Below, in pieces: positions 21,201 to 30,155 of a stretch of 64,000 nucleotides of DNA. The notes under the pieces are model-generated. The model made no database searches and was not told the DNA's origin. It saw nothing but the letters and a program-made list of their open reading frames with translations. The stretch covers positions 448,001-512,000 of the forward strand of contig CAWJCS010000005.1 in NCBI GenBank assembly GCA_963841435.1, in the 5' to 3' direction. The translations under genes were made by a program, and so were the position numbers. This DNA is from an uncultured delta proteobacterium. Its GTDB lineage: Bacteria > Myxococcota_A > Polyangia > Polyangiales > Polyangiaceae. How positions within the stretch are numbered: position 1 is the stretch's first letter; every line of letters begins with the position of its first letter.

Positions 21201-21842
21201 CGGACGCTCCGGCGTGAGCGCGGCACGGTGCCGCGCGCTGAGCCAGTCGTCGTCGAGCAAGGCGCGCAGATCGTCGTCGCTAAGCTCGTCGACGGGCGAG
21301 AGCTCGTGCGAGGTGCGAAAGCCGTCGAAAAAATGCAGAAACGGCACGCGGCTCTCGAGCGTGGCCGCGTGCGCGATGGCCGCGAAATCGTGCGCTTCCT
21401 GGCCGCCGGACGCCGCGAGCATGGCAAAGCCCGTCTGCCGGCACGCCATCACGTCGGAATGGTCGCCGAAGATGCTGAGCGCGTGCGTCGCCACGGTGCG
21501 CGCCGCAACGTGAATCACGCAGGGCAAGAGCTCGCCCGCGACCTTGTAGAGGTTCGGTATCATGAGCAGGAGGCCCTGCGACGCCGTGAAGGTCGTCGCG
21601 AGAGCACCTGCCTGCAGCGCGCCGTGAACGGTGCCCGCCGCTCCGCCCTCCGACTGGAGCTCCATGACCGTGGGCACCGAGCCCCACAGATTTTTTTGCT
21701 CGCGCGACGACCACTCGTCCGAAAGCTCGCCCATGGGCGAGGCCGGCGTGATCGGATAGATCCCGATCACTTCGTTGAGGCGGTAAGCCACCGACGCGAC
21801 CGCCTCGTTCGCGTCCATCGTCCTTCTGCGGCGCACGGGCAT
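18288..21842 (-). CDS. nifJ: pyruvate:ferredoxin/flavodoxin oxidoreductase, single chain
   Basis: IYPITPAS, QSEGGAAG, GLGSDGTVGA, two CxxCxxCxxxCP, SGACSGCGE, TPP motif GGDGWAYDIG. Confidence 0.95.
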   Translation of the reverse strand: MPVRRRRTMDANEAVASVAYRLNEVIGIYPITPASPMGELSDEWSSREQKNLWGSVPTVMELQSEGGAAGTVHGALQAGALATTFTASQGLLLMIPNLYKVAGELLPCVIHVAARTVATHALSIFGDHSDVMACRQTGFAMLAASGGQEAHDFAAIAHAATLESRVPFLHFFDGFRTSHELSPVDELSDDDLRALLDDDWLSARHRAALTPERPSVRGTAHNPDTYFQAREAVNRFYAACPDVVERSMERLFQRTGRRHALFEYAGHPEAERVVVAMGSAATTVAETVSALAARGERVGAVKVCLYRPFSVERFARALPRSVRRIAVLDRTKEPGAVGEPLYLDIVGALAEAGRPEVSVSGGRYGLSSKELTPTMVKAVVDELARAAPRRHFSLGIVNDVTHESLDVNVELELEHEGTYEAVFFGLGSDGTVGASKSTIKIVGDRGEHEVQGFFVYDSKKAGAVTVSHLRFAKHPIGRPYLVTQADFVGCHQFELLDRMPVVEHARPGAVLLLNVPFSPEETFSRLSREVMQEIVTRRLRVFAIDGYRVAREAGLGRHINTVMQACFFAVSRLLPAEVARLGMKEAIQHGYEKGGPEVIRQNLAAVAGAEGALVELALPAALPDGKPRRPPVSDAAPDFVKHVTAAMIAGRGDRLPVSAFPVDGVWPVGTSRFEKRRLTTSVPAWDAALCIQCNKCVLACPHAAIRAKVFAEPELLKAPAGFAATAWKGHDFPGEKYALAVAAEDCTGCRLCVEVCPAKDKSNPRHKAIDMTPIGDTLEALRERYEFFLSLPEMDRRRVHLDVKGSQLLEPLFEYSGACSGCGETPYLKLLTQLFGDRLLVANATGCSSIYGGNLPTTPWAARADGRGPAWANSLFEDNAEFGFGMRLALDARARQARTLLESLSGELDPALVAALLGADQTSEAGLVEQRERVTTLRAALGGISRPEARHLGEVADELVKKSVWIVGGDGWAYDIGFGGLDHVLSSDLDVNVLVLDTEVYSNTGGQKSKATPRGAAAKFAVLGRDAEKKDLGLHAMSYGHVYVARVAFGARDAQTVRALVEAEAHPGPSLVIAYSHCIAHGYDLAFGARQQRLAVDSGVWPLFRFDPRRLAAGEPPLTLDAVPGKAKAREYMAGEARFHAVKRLDPARYERLLKAAERDVEHRIALYSALSAIRQGGAQKETS

Positions 21843-21855
21843 CGTCACGGGGCCG

Positions 21856-22001
21856 TGCAGGGTTCGTGCCCGCGAGCAACTCGCGTTCACATCGAGCAAG
21901 CCGCGGCGCGCACGCGCAAAAGTTGCGTCGCCCCGCCGACAACGGCGCTTTCTGCGCCCCTCACGCGTCATGCATGCGATTCTCGCTGGCGCGCTCCTTG
22001 C
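21856..22001. promoter_or_regulatory. divergent sigma54 promoters sharing a central enhancer
   Basis: Minus strand GGGCACGAACCCTGCA (21871-21856), GCGCA-AAAGT-TGCGT (21914-21928), plus strand TGGCGCGCTCCTTGC (21987-22001). Confidence 0.65.
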
Positions 22002-22024
22002 CCGGTCGTGCCGCGTTCCCTCCT

Positions 22025-23875
22025 ATGCGAGATGTCTCCTTCGACCAGCGTTACCGCGCGCGCCTGCTCTCGCCGGCCGAGGCAATCGGCAAGATCGCTC
22101 CGGGGCGCCGCATCCTCATCGGGTCGGGCGCCGCCGAGCCGACGACGCTCGTCGCCGCGCTCGCCGAGCACGGTGCCCACCTCTCGGACAACGAGATCGT
22201 GCACCTGCTCACGCTCGGCCCCGCGCCCTACGTTCGTGCCGAGCTCGCGGCACGTTTCCGGCATACCGCGTTCTTCATTGGCCCGAACACCCGCGAAGCG
22301 GTGCAGGCCGGGCGGGCCGACTTCATGCCGGTGTTCCTTTCGGAGGTTCCGCGGCTCATTCGCTCTCGCCGCGTGCGCATCGACGTCGTGCTGCTGCAGG
22401 TGACGCCGCCCGACAAGCACGGCCAGGTGAGCCTCGGCGTCTCCGTCGACGTTGTGCGGGCGGCGGTTGACGCCGCGGACCTCGTGATCGCCGAGGTGAA
22501 CCCGAACATGCCCCGAACACTGGGTGACACCGTCGTGAACGCGGAAGACATCGACTGGCTCGTCCCCGTCAACACGCCCATCCTCGAGCTAACGCCCGAC
22601 CCCCCCGACGAGACGACGCTCGCGATCGGACGCCAGGTCGCGAGCCTGATCCCCGACGGCGCGACGCTCCAGACGGGCATCGGCGGCATCCCGCACGCCG
22701 TGCTAAAGGCCCTCGAGAATCGACGCGATCTCGGCGTCCACACGGAAATGCTGTCGGACAGCGTCGTCGATCTCGTCGAGGCCGGCGTGATCACCGGCCG
22801 CAAGAAGACCCTCTTGCCCGGCAAGGTCGTCACGTCGTTCGTGATGGGTACGCGACGCCTCTACGACTGGGTCAACGACAACCCGAGCGTGGAGCTCCGC
22901 CCGAGCGACTTCACGAACGACCCGTTCGTGATCGCGCGAAACGACAATATGATCGCCATCAACTCGGCGCTCGCCGTTGACCTCACGGGGCAGGTCGCGG
23001 CGGACACGATCGCCGGTCGCTTCTTTTCCGGGATCGGCGGCCAGGTCGACTTCATCCGCGGCGCGGCGCGCAGTCGGGGCGGTAAGCCCATCATCGCGCT
23101 GCCTTCGACCGCCAAGCAGGGCAGCGTGAGCCGCATCCAGCCCGTGCTCGAAGCGGGCGCTGGCGTCGTGACGAGCCGCGGCGACGTTCACTACGTGGTC
23201 ACTGAGTACGGCGTGGCGGACCTCTGGGGCCGCAACATCCGCGAGCGAGCGAACGCGCTCGTCGAGATAGCTCACCCCAGCTTTCGCGCGGAGTTGATGA
23301 ACGCCGCGAAGGAGCGCCACTACGTCTTCGCGAACCAGGTCGTGCCACGCGGCGAGCCGCCCTGGCAGGCCGAGTCGAGCGTCACCCTCGCCCGGGGGGA
23401 GCTCGTGCACCTCCGCGCCGTGCGCATGGCCGACGAGGACTCCCTCAAACGGCTATTTTACCAGCTTTCGGACGAGAGCGTCTACGAGCGGTTTCTCTGC
23501 CACAAGCGCAGTCACCCCCACGACGAGATCATGGCGCTCGTCAACGTCGACTACGAGACGAGCATGGCGCTCGTCGGCGAGATCGAGCGCGGCGAGGAAC
23601 GGGAGATCGTCGCCATGGCGCGCTACGACGTCAACCCGGCAACGCGCCTCGGCGACGTCGCGCTCGTCGTGCTCGATGCCTATCAGGGTCAGGGGCTCGG
23701 GACGTCACTCTTCCGGCGCCTCGCCGAGCTCGCTCGCGCGCGTGGCATTCTCGGTTTCACCGCCGACGTGCTACCGACGAACGCTCGCATGCTCGCGATT
23801 TTCAACAAGAGCGGGCTCAAGGTCGAGAGCCGGCTGGACGCAGGGCTCTTTCGCGTGCGGATGGAGATCGAATGA
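22025..23875 (+). CDS. acetyl-CoA hydrolase/4-hydroxybutyrate CoA-transferase fused to C-terminal GNAT
   Basis: TLQTGIGGIP, LGVHTEM, SGIGGQVDF, VVTEYGVA; GNAT YQGQGLGTSL...N.RML.IF. Confidence 0.9.
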   Translation: MRDVSFDQRYRARLLSPAEAIGKIAPGRRILIGSGAAEPTTLVAALAEHGAHLSDNEIVHLLTLGPAPYVRAELAARFRHTAFFIGPNTREAVQAGRADFMPVFLSEVPRLIRSRRVRIDVVLLQVTPPDKHGQVSLGVSVDVVRAAVDAADLVIAEVNPNMPRTLGDTVVNAEDIDWLVPVNTPILELTPDPPDETTLAIGRQVASLIPDGATLQTGIGGIPHAVLKALENRRDLGVHTEMLSDSVVDLVEAGVITGRKKTLLPGKVVTSFVMGTRRLYDWVNDNPSVELRPSDFTNDPFVIARNDNMIAINSALAVDLTGQVAADTIAGRFFSGIGGQVDFIRGAARSRGGKPIIALPSTAKQGSVSRIQPVLEAGAGVVTSRGDVHYVVTEYGVADLWGRNIRERANALVEIAHPSFRAELMNAAKERHYVFANQVVPRGEPPWQAESSVTLARGELVHLRAVRMADEDSLKRLFYQLSDESVYERFLCHKRSHPHDEIMALVNVDYETSMALVGEIERGEEREIVAMARYDVNPATRLGDVALVVLDAYQGQGLGTSLFRRLAELARARGILGFTADVLPTNARMLAIFNKSGLKVESRLDAGLFRVRMEIE

Positions 23876-24498
23876 CGGTCGCTCGGAGCACGGCGAGCCC
23901 GAGCAAGCGCTGCCGGCTCGTGCTCACGGGAGGGCCGGGCGGCGGCAAGACCACGGCGGCCGACCTCTTCCGTCGCGAGCTCGGCGAACGGGTCGTCGTC
24001 GTGCCGGAGTCCGCGACGATCCTGTTCGCGGGCGGGTTCCCGCGCACGCACGAGCCGGACGCGAGGCGCGCGGTCCAGAAGGCGATCTTCCACGTCCAGC
24101 GCAACATCGAAGACGTGCAGTCGGCGCTCTTCCCCGACCGCGTGTTGCTCTGCGACCGCGGCACGATCGACGGCGCCGCGTACTGGCCCGACGGTGAGGC
24201 GGAGTTCTTCGAGGCGATGGCGACGAGCTTCGAGGCGGAGCTCGGACGCTACGACGCCGTCGTGTTCTTCGAGACGGCCGCGATTGCTGGCAAATCCATC
24301 GAAGGCGGCAATCCCACGAGGAACGAAACGTTGGCGGAGGCGGTCGACCTCGATCGTCGCTTGCGCGAGCTCTGGTCACGCCACCCCCGCTTCTTGCTCG
24401 TTCCCCACACACCCTCCTTCATGCACAAGATCGGCACGGGGCTCGCGCTGCTCGAAAGCCTCGTCGCCGAGCTCGGCCCCGTCGTCGCCGAGCCGTGA
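23872..24498 (+). CDS. AAA_28 (NadR/Ttd14-like) P-loop protein
   Basis: LVLTGGPGGGKTT, VPESAT, LCDRGTID; ATGA-coupled to the upstream gene. Confidence 0.8.
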   Translation: MTVARSTASPSKRCRLVLTGGPGGGKTTAADLFRRELGERVVVVPESATILFAGGFPRTHEPDARRAVQKAIFHVQRNIEDVQSALFPDRVLLCDRGTIDGAAYWPDGEAEFFEAMATSFEAELGRYDAVVFFETAAIAGKSIEGGNPTRNETLAEAVDLDRRLRELWSRHPRFLLVPHTPSFMHKIGTGLALLESLVAELGPVVAEP

Positions 24499-24564
24499 CC
24501 CCCTTTCCGGGGTCGCGCGCCGCAGCGGTTGACGTCGCCTTGCCGGAGGCAAACGCTCGCGACC

Positions 24565-25647
24565 ATGCACCTCCTGATCAACACGGGCGGGGGTGACGCC
24601 CCGGGCCTCAATGCGGTGATCCGCGCCGTGACGCTGTCGGCCGTGCGTCGCGGTTTTCGTGTGACCGGAATTCGCCGCGGTTACTCCGGGCTGCTCGAGG
24701 AGGGCAGCGGCGGGCTCGTCACTCTCGATCGCGACGTCGTGCGCGGCATCGCCGACCGTGGCGGAACGCTACTCGGCACCGTGAACCAGGGCCAGCCCTT
24801 CGCGCGACCAGTGAAAGGGGCCGACGGCTCCGTCGTGCTCAGCGACGACAGTGATCTCGTCATGCGGCGTTACCGCGAGCTCGGCGCCGACGGGCTCATC
24901 GCGCTCGGCGGCGACGGGAGCCTCGGCATCGCCGCGCGTTTCCAGGAAAAGGGCATGAACGTCCTCCTCGTACCGAAGACGATCGACAACGATCTCGGCG
25001 GGACGGAGGTGACCTTCGGGTTCGACAGCGCAATGAGCTTCGCGACCGAAGCCGTCGGGCGACTCCATTCGACGGCCGAAGCGCACGGGCGCGTCATGGT
25101 GATCGAGCTCATGGGCCGCTACGCTGGCTGGCTTTCGCTCTACGCGGGTCTTGCCGGCGCGGCACATGCCATCTTGCTGCCCGAGATCGACTTCGACATC
25201 GACAAGGTGTGCGCCTCGCTCGTGCACCGCTGGAACACCGAGCGGCCGTTCGCCGTCGTCGTCGTCGCGGAGGGAGCGAAGCCACGGGGCGGCGCGTTCG
25301 TGCTCAAGGGCGAGGAGCCGGGCAAGGAGCCGACGCTCGGCGGCGTCGGGGCACTCGTCGCAAGCGAGATTGCTCGGCGTACCGGGCTCGAGACGCGCAG
25401 CCTCGTGCTCGGCCACCTGCAGCGCGGCGGCCCGCCGACCCCGGCCGACCGGCTCCTTTCGCTACGCTATGGCGGCGAGGCCGTGCGGCTCGCGGCGGCG
25501 GGGCAATGGGGCCGCATGCTGTCGTGGCGGCCGCCGCACATGACGTTGATCCCGCTCGGCGACGCGCTTTCGCTGCGCCACACCGTGCCACCGGACAACG
25601 ACGCCCTGCTCACGGCGCGCGACTTCGGCATCTGCTTCGGCGATTGA
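24565..25647 (+). CDS. pfkA: 6-phosphofructokinase (PfkA family, group III-like)
   Basis: TGGGDAPGLN, GGDGS, PKTIDND, ELMGR, LGHLQRGG. Confidence 0.92.
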   Translation: MHLLINTGGGDAPGLNAVIRAVTLSAVRRGFRVTGIRRGYSGLLEEGSGGLVTLDRDVVRGIADRGGTLLGTVNQGQPFARPVKGADGSVVLSDDSDLVMRRYRELGADGLIALGGDGSLGIAARFQEKGMNVLLVPKTIDNDLGGTEVTFGFDSAMSFATEAVGRLHSTAEAHGRVMVIELMGRYAGWLSLYAGLAGAAHAILLPEIDFDIDKVCASLVHRWNTERPFAVVVVAEGAKPRGGAFVLKGEEPGKEPTLGGVGALVASEIARRTGLETRSLVLGHLQRGGPPTPADRLLSLRYGGEAVRLAAAGQWGRMLSWRPPHMTLIPLGDALSLRHTVPPDNDALLTARDFGICFGD

Positions 25648-25648
25648 G

Positions 25649-25666
25649 GCGACCCTACGGGGTCGC
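25649..25666. terminator. GC hairpin between convergent genes (putative terminator)
   Basis: GCGACCC-TACG-GGGTCGC: perfect 7-bp stem with a cUACGg tetraloop right after the pfkA stop; no U-tract. Confidence 0.4.
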
Positions 25667-25677
25667 GACCCTGCGGA

Positions 25678-26130
25678 TCAGGCGGGCGTGCGCGTGCCGG
25701 AACCGACGCGCTGGTCGCCGTGAATCGTGACGTTGCCCTCGGTGTCGAGGGCGACGGCGAAGTGTGCGAGCGGATCACGCGCGGGGCCCTGTTGGACGTT
25801 GCCGTTGGCATCGAAACGACTGCCGTGACACGAGCAGTAGACGCCCGTCGCGCCGACGTTGCCGTCGATGGCCATGTTGCAGCCCTGGTGCGGACAGGTG
25901 AGCGTCATGGCGTAGAAGCCCTTGCCGTCGCGCCCGAGCGCCACGGGGAGCGTGCCCACGGCTTCCAGGCTGCCGACCGCATAGCTTGCCGCCGCCCCCA
26001 CCGAGACGTCGTGCACGGGCTCCGGCTCGACGCCCGCGGGCGCACCGCAGGCGACGACGCCCAGCGTGCTCGCGCCCGCGGACGCCACGACCTCGAGAAA
26101 TCGACGACGGGATGGATCACTTTTTGTCAT
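25678..26130 (-). CDS. Tat-exported Rieske [2Fe-2S] (lipo)protein
   Basis: SRRRFL twin-arginine signal, VVAC lipobox, CPHQGC and CSCHGSRFD. Confidence 0.9.
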   Translation of the reverse strand: MTKSDPSRRRFLEVVASAGASTLGVVACGAPAGVEPEPVHDVSVGAAASYAVGSLEAVGTLPVALGRDGKGFYAMTLTCPHQGCNMAIDGNVGATGVYCSCHGSRFDANGNVQQGPARDPLAHFAVALDTEGNVTIHGDQRVGSGTRTPA

Positions 26131-27220
26131 GGGTCACCTGCGCTGCCAGCTTCTCCGCCTCCTGCTTTCTGAATCCCGAAGGGAACCTCGCGAGGTACGA
26201 GCGGGCGGCGCGCACGGCCTGCTCCGTGCGTCCGGCGCGCGCGAGCGCCACCATCGTGAGGTACGCGGCATCCTCGCCGCGCCGATCGTGAGCGCACGCG
26301 CTCTGAAAGCGACCAAGCTCGCTGGCCGCGGTCGCGTAGCGACCTTGTGTGAAGGCGACCAGCCCCACGTCGAACGCATCGGCTTGCGCGCACGGCGCGC
26401 CCGGCTCGGGAAGGACGCCCGGGGCCCGGGGGCCCGGCGAAGCGCTCGCGTGGCCCCCTCGATCCCAGCTTTCGCCGGCGCCGAGCTCGATGGCGTCGAG
26501 CCCACTGAGCCTGAGGCTCACGCGCCCTTCCTCCACGCTCACGCGGTCCGTCCGTCCGTCGTTGACACGGACCACGAACACGGTCCCCACGTCCACGAGC
26601 TCGCCGTCCGGCAGCCGCACGACGACGCGCCCGTCCGCCGCGCGGTGCCGCACGGCGACGCGGAGCTGACCTGCGCGCAGCACGAGCGTCTCGCCGCCGG
26701 CCGTCGCCGAGCGCGACCAGTCGGCACCTCGACTCGGGTCCACTTCGACGCTGAGCGCCGCGAGCGGGGTCGGCCCCGGGGCTGACACCGCGCGATTGGG
26801 CGAACGCTTCGCGGGCGCCGCGGGCCCCGTGACCGCGACCGCGGGCTCGTGGCTCCGCTCCACGCCCGACAGCGCGTCGCGCGCGCGCTGCACCGCGCCC
26901 GTGCCGAGCATCAGCGCGGCGCTCGCCGCGAGCGCGAGGGTGACGGCCAGGGCGGCGACGCGCCGAGCCGCGGGGCGACGAGCGGGCTCGCTGCCGGCGG
27001 CAAACAGCAGGGCCTCGCGCTGACGGGCCACGTCGGCCGTGCTCGGCTCGTCGAGCGGCAGCGAGGCGAGCCCCGCGCGCAATGCTTCGAGCCGCCTCGC
27101 TTCACGCCCGCATGCCGGGCAGGCGCGCGCGTGCTCGACAAGCAGCGAGGCCTCGACCTCCGGCAGTCGGCCGTCGCGCATGAGCTCGATGTTGACGGTT
27201 TCGGGACACGACGGCGCCAT
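26117..27220 (-). CDS. anti-sigma factor: ZAS + TM + FecR-like + TPR-like C-terminus
   Basis: HARACPAC, TM helix, DVGTVFVV..VSVEEGRV, EDAAY...YLARFPSG. Confidence 0.78.
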   Translation of the reverse strand: MAPSCPETVNIELMRDGRLPEVEASLLVEHARACPACGREARRLEALRAGLASLPLDEPSTADVARQREALLFAAGSEPARRPAARRVAALAVTLALAASAALMLGTGAVQRARDALSGVERSHEPAVAVTGPAAPAKRSPNRAVSAPGPTPLAALSVEVDPSRGADWSRSATAGGETLVLRAGQLRVAVRHRAADGRVVVRLPDGELVDVGTVFVVRVNDGRTDRVSVEEGRVSLRLSGLDAIELGAGESWDRGGHASASPGPRAPGVLPEPGAPCAQADAFDVGLVAFTQGRYATAASELGRFQSACAHDRRGEDAAYLTMVALARAGRTEQAVRAARSYLARFPSGFRKQEAEKLAAQVTHDKK

Positions 27221-27843
27221 CAGGAGTCCTCCTCGTGCGGCACCATCCCGGAGAGCTCGCGCCGGGCGTGATGCAGTCGCGTCCAGACCGTACCGATGGG
27301 GATGTCGAGCGCCTCGGCGATCTCCGCCCCGGAGAGCCCCTCGACTTCGGAGAGCAAGAGCACGGCCCGCTTCGCCTCGCTCAGCGCTGCAAGCGCCGAC
27401 TCGAGACGCCCGAGCTCCTCGCGGGCGGCGAGCGCCCCTTCGGGATCGGCCGTCGCCCCCCACGCCGACGGACGCAGAGTGCCAAGCAGCCTCGCTCGGC
27501 GGGCACTGCTCGCCCGCGCGCGCTTGGCCTGATTGGCCGCGACGCCGAAGAGCCATGCCCGCAGCGAGCGCGAGGGATTGAAGCTCGCGGCGGAGCGGTA
27601 AGCGGCGAGGAACGTCGCGTGCACGGCGTCGTCCGCGTCGGCGACGTTCGGCGAGAGGCGCACGAGGAAGCGCCGCACGTTCGCCTGGTAAAGGTCGTAC
27701 AGGCGCCCGAGCGCATCCATGTCACCCGCGGCGAGGCGGGCCATGAGCGCGCGATCCTCGTTGACCGACGGGCTCGCCGCCGGCGCCGACGGCGCATCCG
27801 ACGCGGGAGCGAACATCAGCGTCGGCGAAAGCTCCCCACCCAT
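27220..27843 (-). CDS. ECF RNA polymerase sigma factor
   Basis: DDAVHATF..SLRAWLFGVAAN; LSGAEIAEALDIPIGTVWTRLHHAR. Confidence 0.9.
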   Translation of the reverse strand: MGGELSPTLMFAPASDAPSAPAASPSVNEDRALMARLAAGDMDALGRLYDLYQANVRRFLVRLSPNVADADDAVHATFLAAYRSAASFNPSRSLRAWLFGVAANQAKRARASSARRARLLGTLRPSAWGATADPEGALAAREELGRLESALAALSEAKRAVLLLSEVEGLSGAEIAEALDIPIGTVWTRLHHARRELSGMVPHEEDS

Positions 27844-28991
27844 CACTTCGGACTCCACGCGACGCCGAGCGACGCGCCGAGGTCGTAGGCGGCGAGCTCC
27901 GGAACGGAGGCACGCGAGGCGCCAAAGCGGTAAAGCGTGCGGCCGCCGTCGAGCTCGAGGTAGGCGCGCAGGGGCCGCGCGAACGCCATCGAGAGGCGTG
28001 CGAACGCCCCAGCGTGGAGCGCGAAAGCCGTCGCCGACACCATCTCGGTCTGGGGCGCGGTGGGCGTGACGCCCCCCACGCCAGGGTCGTCGCCGTCCGG
28101 CTCGGTGTCCATTTCGGTGCTCGTCGGCGGAGGCGCAACGGGCGCCTGCGCGAAGTGCGTGCGATCGAGCATCACACCCGGCGCTTCGAGGCCGAGATCG
28201 AGGTCCATCGAGCCGATGCCGAAGCGATGGCCGACCTCCGGTGAAAGCGAGAAGCGCAATGCGCTCTGGATGGAGCTCGTGGAGTCGCCGCCTCCGAGGC
28301 TCGTGCCGGAAAGCCCGAGGCCGAAAAGCCAGCCTCCCGCGCGCAGATTCCCGAGCGCCGAAGCGCCCGGCCCACGCAGCGCGCCAATCGATCGCCCGGC
28401 GGCAGCGAGCCCGAGCTCGAAGCCCGCAGCCGACGAGGCGGCGAGCGCGAGAGGCGCTCGTTCCGAGCCGCGGGGCGAAACGCGCGGCAGAGGCTCGGGT
28501 GTGCGCGGCGGTCGGGGCGACGGAGCAGCAGCCGTCGCGGCATCGCCGGCCGGCGAGGGCTCGCTCACGGACCCGGCCGTTTCTGCGTCCGGCTCGCCGT
28601 TCGCGCCCGTCGAATTTCCCGGTGGCAAAGCTGAGGTCGCACCATCGCGCGCCGTCGGCGGCAGCACGAGCAGCGCGACGGCGGTCGCCCCGAGCTCCTG
28701 AGGCCGAGCGAGCTCGCGCACCGCCGAGCGACCATCGCCCGCGCGCACCCGCAGCGCGACCTTGCTGCTCTGCCTTGTGACTCGCAACACCGCGCATGCA
28801 TCCACGTCAGAGAGCTCCGCGACGCGCTGGCGTGCGGCCTCGGCTGCCTCCGACCATTCCGCGGAACGCGACAGTGACCCTTCGAGCACGATGCGCGGCC
28901 CGGTGCACCCGGGAGCGCGCTCGCGCGGCACCGCCCCTGCAGCGGCCGAGCCGAGCACGAGAGCGACCGACCACGCGGCACCACGGCGCAT
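27843..28991 (-). CDS. secreted protein with probable C-terminal beta-barrel
   Basis: Signal peptide, Pro-rich linker, amphipathic strands ending LGASLGVAW; stop overlaps the sigma start. Confidence 0.6.
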   Translation of the reverse strand: MRRGAAWSVALVLGSAAAGAVPRERAPGCTGPRIVLEGSLSRSAEWSEAAEAARQRVAELSDVDACAVLRVTRQSSKVALRVRAGDGRSAVRELARPQELGATAVALLVLPPTARDGATSALPPGNSTGANGEPDAETAGSVSEPSPAGDAATAAAPSPRPPRTPEPLPRVSPRGSERAPLALAASSAAGFELGLAAAGRSIGALRGPGASALGNLRAGGWLFGLGLSGTSLGGGDSTSSIQSALRFSLSPEVGHRFGIGSMDLDLGLEAPGVMLDRTHFAQAPVAPPPTSTEMDTEPDGDDPGVGGVTPTAPQTEMVSATAFALHAGAFARLSMAFARPLRAYLELDGGRTLYRFGASRASVPELAAYDLGASLGVAWSPK

Positions 28992-29045
28992 GCCTGCAGT
29001 CTAGCGCCGACACGGCTGATCGCTCGTAAGAGTTGACCCCTGGAT

Positions 29046-30069
29046 TCATGGCACCATGATCCGCCCGGGCGCATCCTCTGCACCGCTTTCGGTGTGGCAG
29101 GCGTTGCAGTCGCCACTCGTCTGCTCGGTTGACATCAGTCGCTCGAGGGTGCCGCGCACGACTTTCGCGCGGTACGGCAGCGCGACGGCAGTTCCACGCG
29201 GCTCGTAGAAAAAATTGCCGGCACCGTTGACGTTCGAGCGTGTAGGTCCGGTCGTTGGCGTCCAGGATCACGACCTTCACGTCTCCGGCGCTACCGTCGA
29301 GGCCATTGCAGTCCGTGGGCTCGTGCGCCGAAGGGTACGCGGTGCCGGCGAAGGCGAAGACCGGTCCTTCGCCCTGCTTCTTGTGGCAGTCGATGCAAGC
29401 CCCGCCCGGGTGCATGTTCGGCGACTCGGCGTCTCCGCGGGTCCAGTGCACCCCGCTCGAACAGGTGACGGGCGTGTCGTACGGGTTGACGACGGGGCCC
29501 GACCCGCCCGTCCCGGAGTCGCACGTCGCCGGCATTCCGGCGGCGACCCAGTCACCGAGCAGCTGTACTTCCTCGGGCGTCGCGGGCGTCGCCGGCTTCG
29601 GAGGCATCGGCCGCACGGGGTTTTGCATCCGGCCGAGCGACATCACGGCGTTCGTCTGCGCGGGATCCGTCGCGGAGGCCGCCGCGAGATCGTCGGCAGT
29701 GACGAGCTGCATGGGGACGTCGGTCGCCAGGGGGGTCGAGTGACAGCTCCAGCAGCGGTCGTGCAGCATCCGCTCGACGTCGCACCACATGCCGGTGCCC
29801 ATGATGTCGGTGCCGCCCACGCCGCCCTCGGCCGTGCTCGCCGTGCCACCGGAGCCCTGATCCGTGCCAGCGACGGCGCCCGACGACCCGCCCGATGCCG
29901 TGCCGGCCGTGACACCACCGATGCCGCTCTGTGCTGCAGTCGGAGCGCCGCCGGTCGGGTCACTGCCGCCAGCAGCAGCGCCACCCGGACCCGCCGTAAA
30001 GGCCCCGCCGATGTTGCCGGTGCATCCGCCGACCAGCACGGCCGCGGTCGCCACCAAACCGAATCGCAT
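29046..30069 (-). CDS. triheme c-type cytochrome lipoprotein (+1 frameshift at ~29233)
   Basis: Lipobox VGGC; CWSCH, CIDCH and, after frame correction, GDCNACH...GRIMVP*. Confidence 0.78.
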
Positions 30070-30155
30070 ACACGGCTTCGCGCGGCCCCGAGCCGACCTT
30101 CACCGGGGCCCGCGCATTCGGCCCGCTGGCCGACTCACCTATCGCGGGCCCTCGG

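Noticed and set aside
29810-30010. Gly/Thr/Ala low-complexity repeats (also 58430-58640)
   Set aside because: Ordinary flexible linkers of lipoproteins, not DNA repeat elements.
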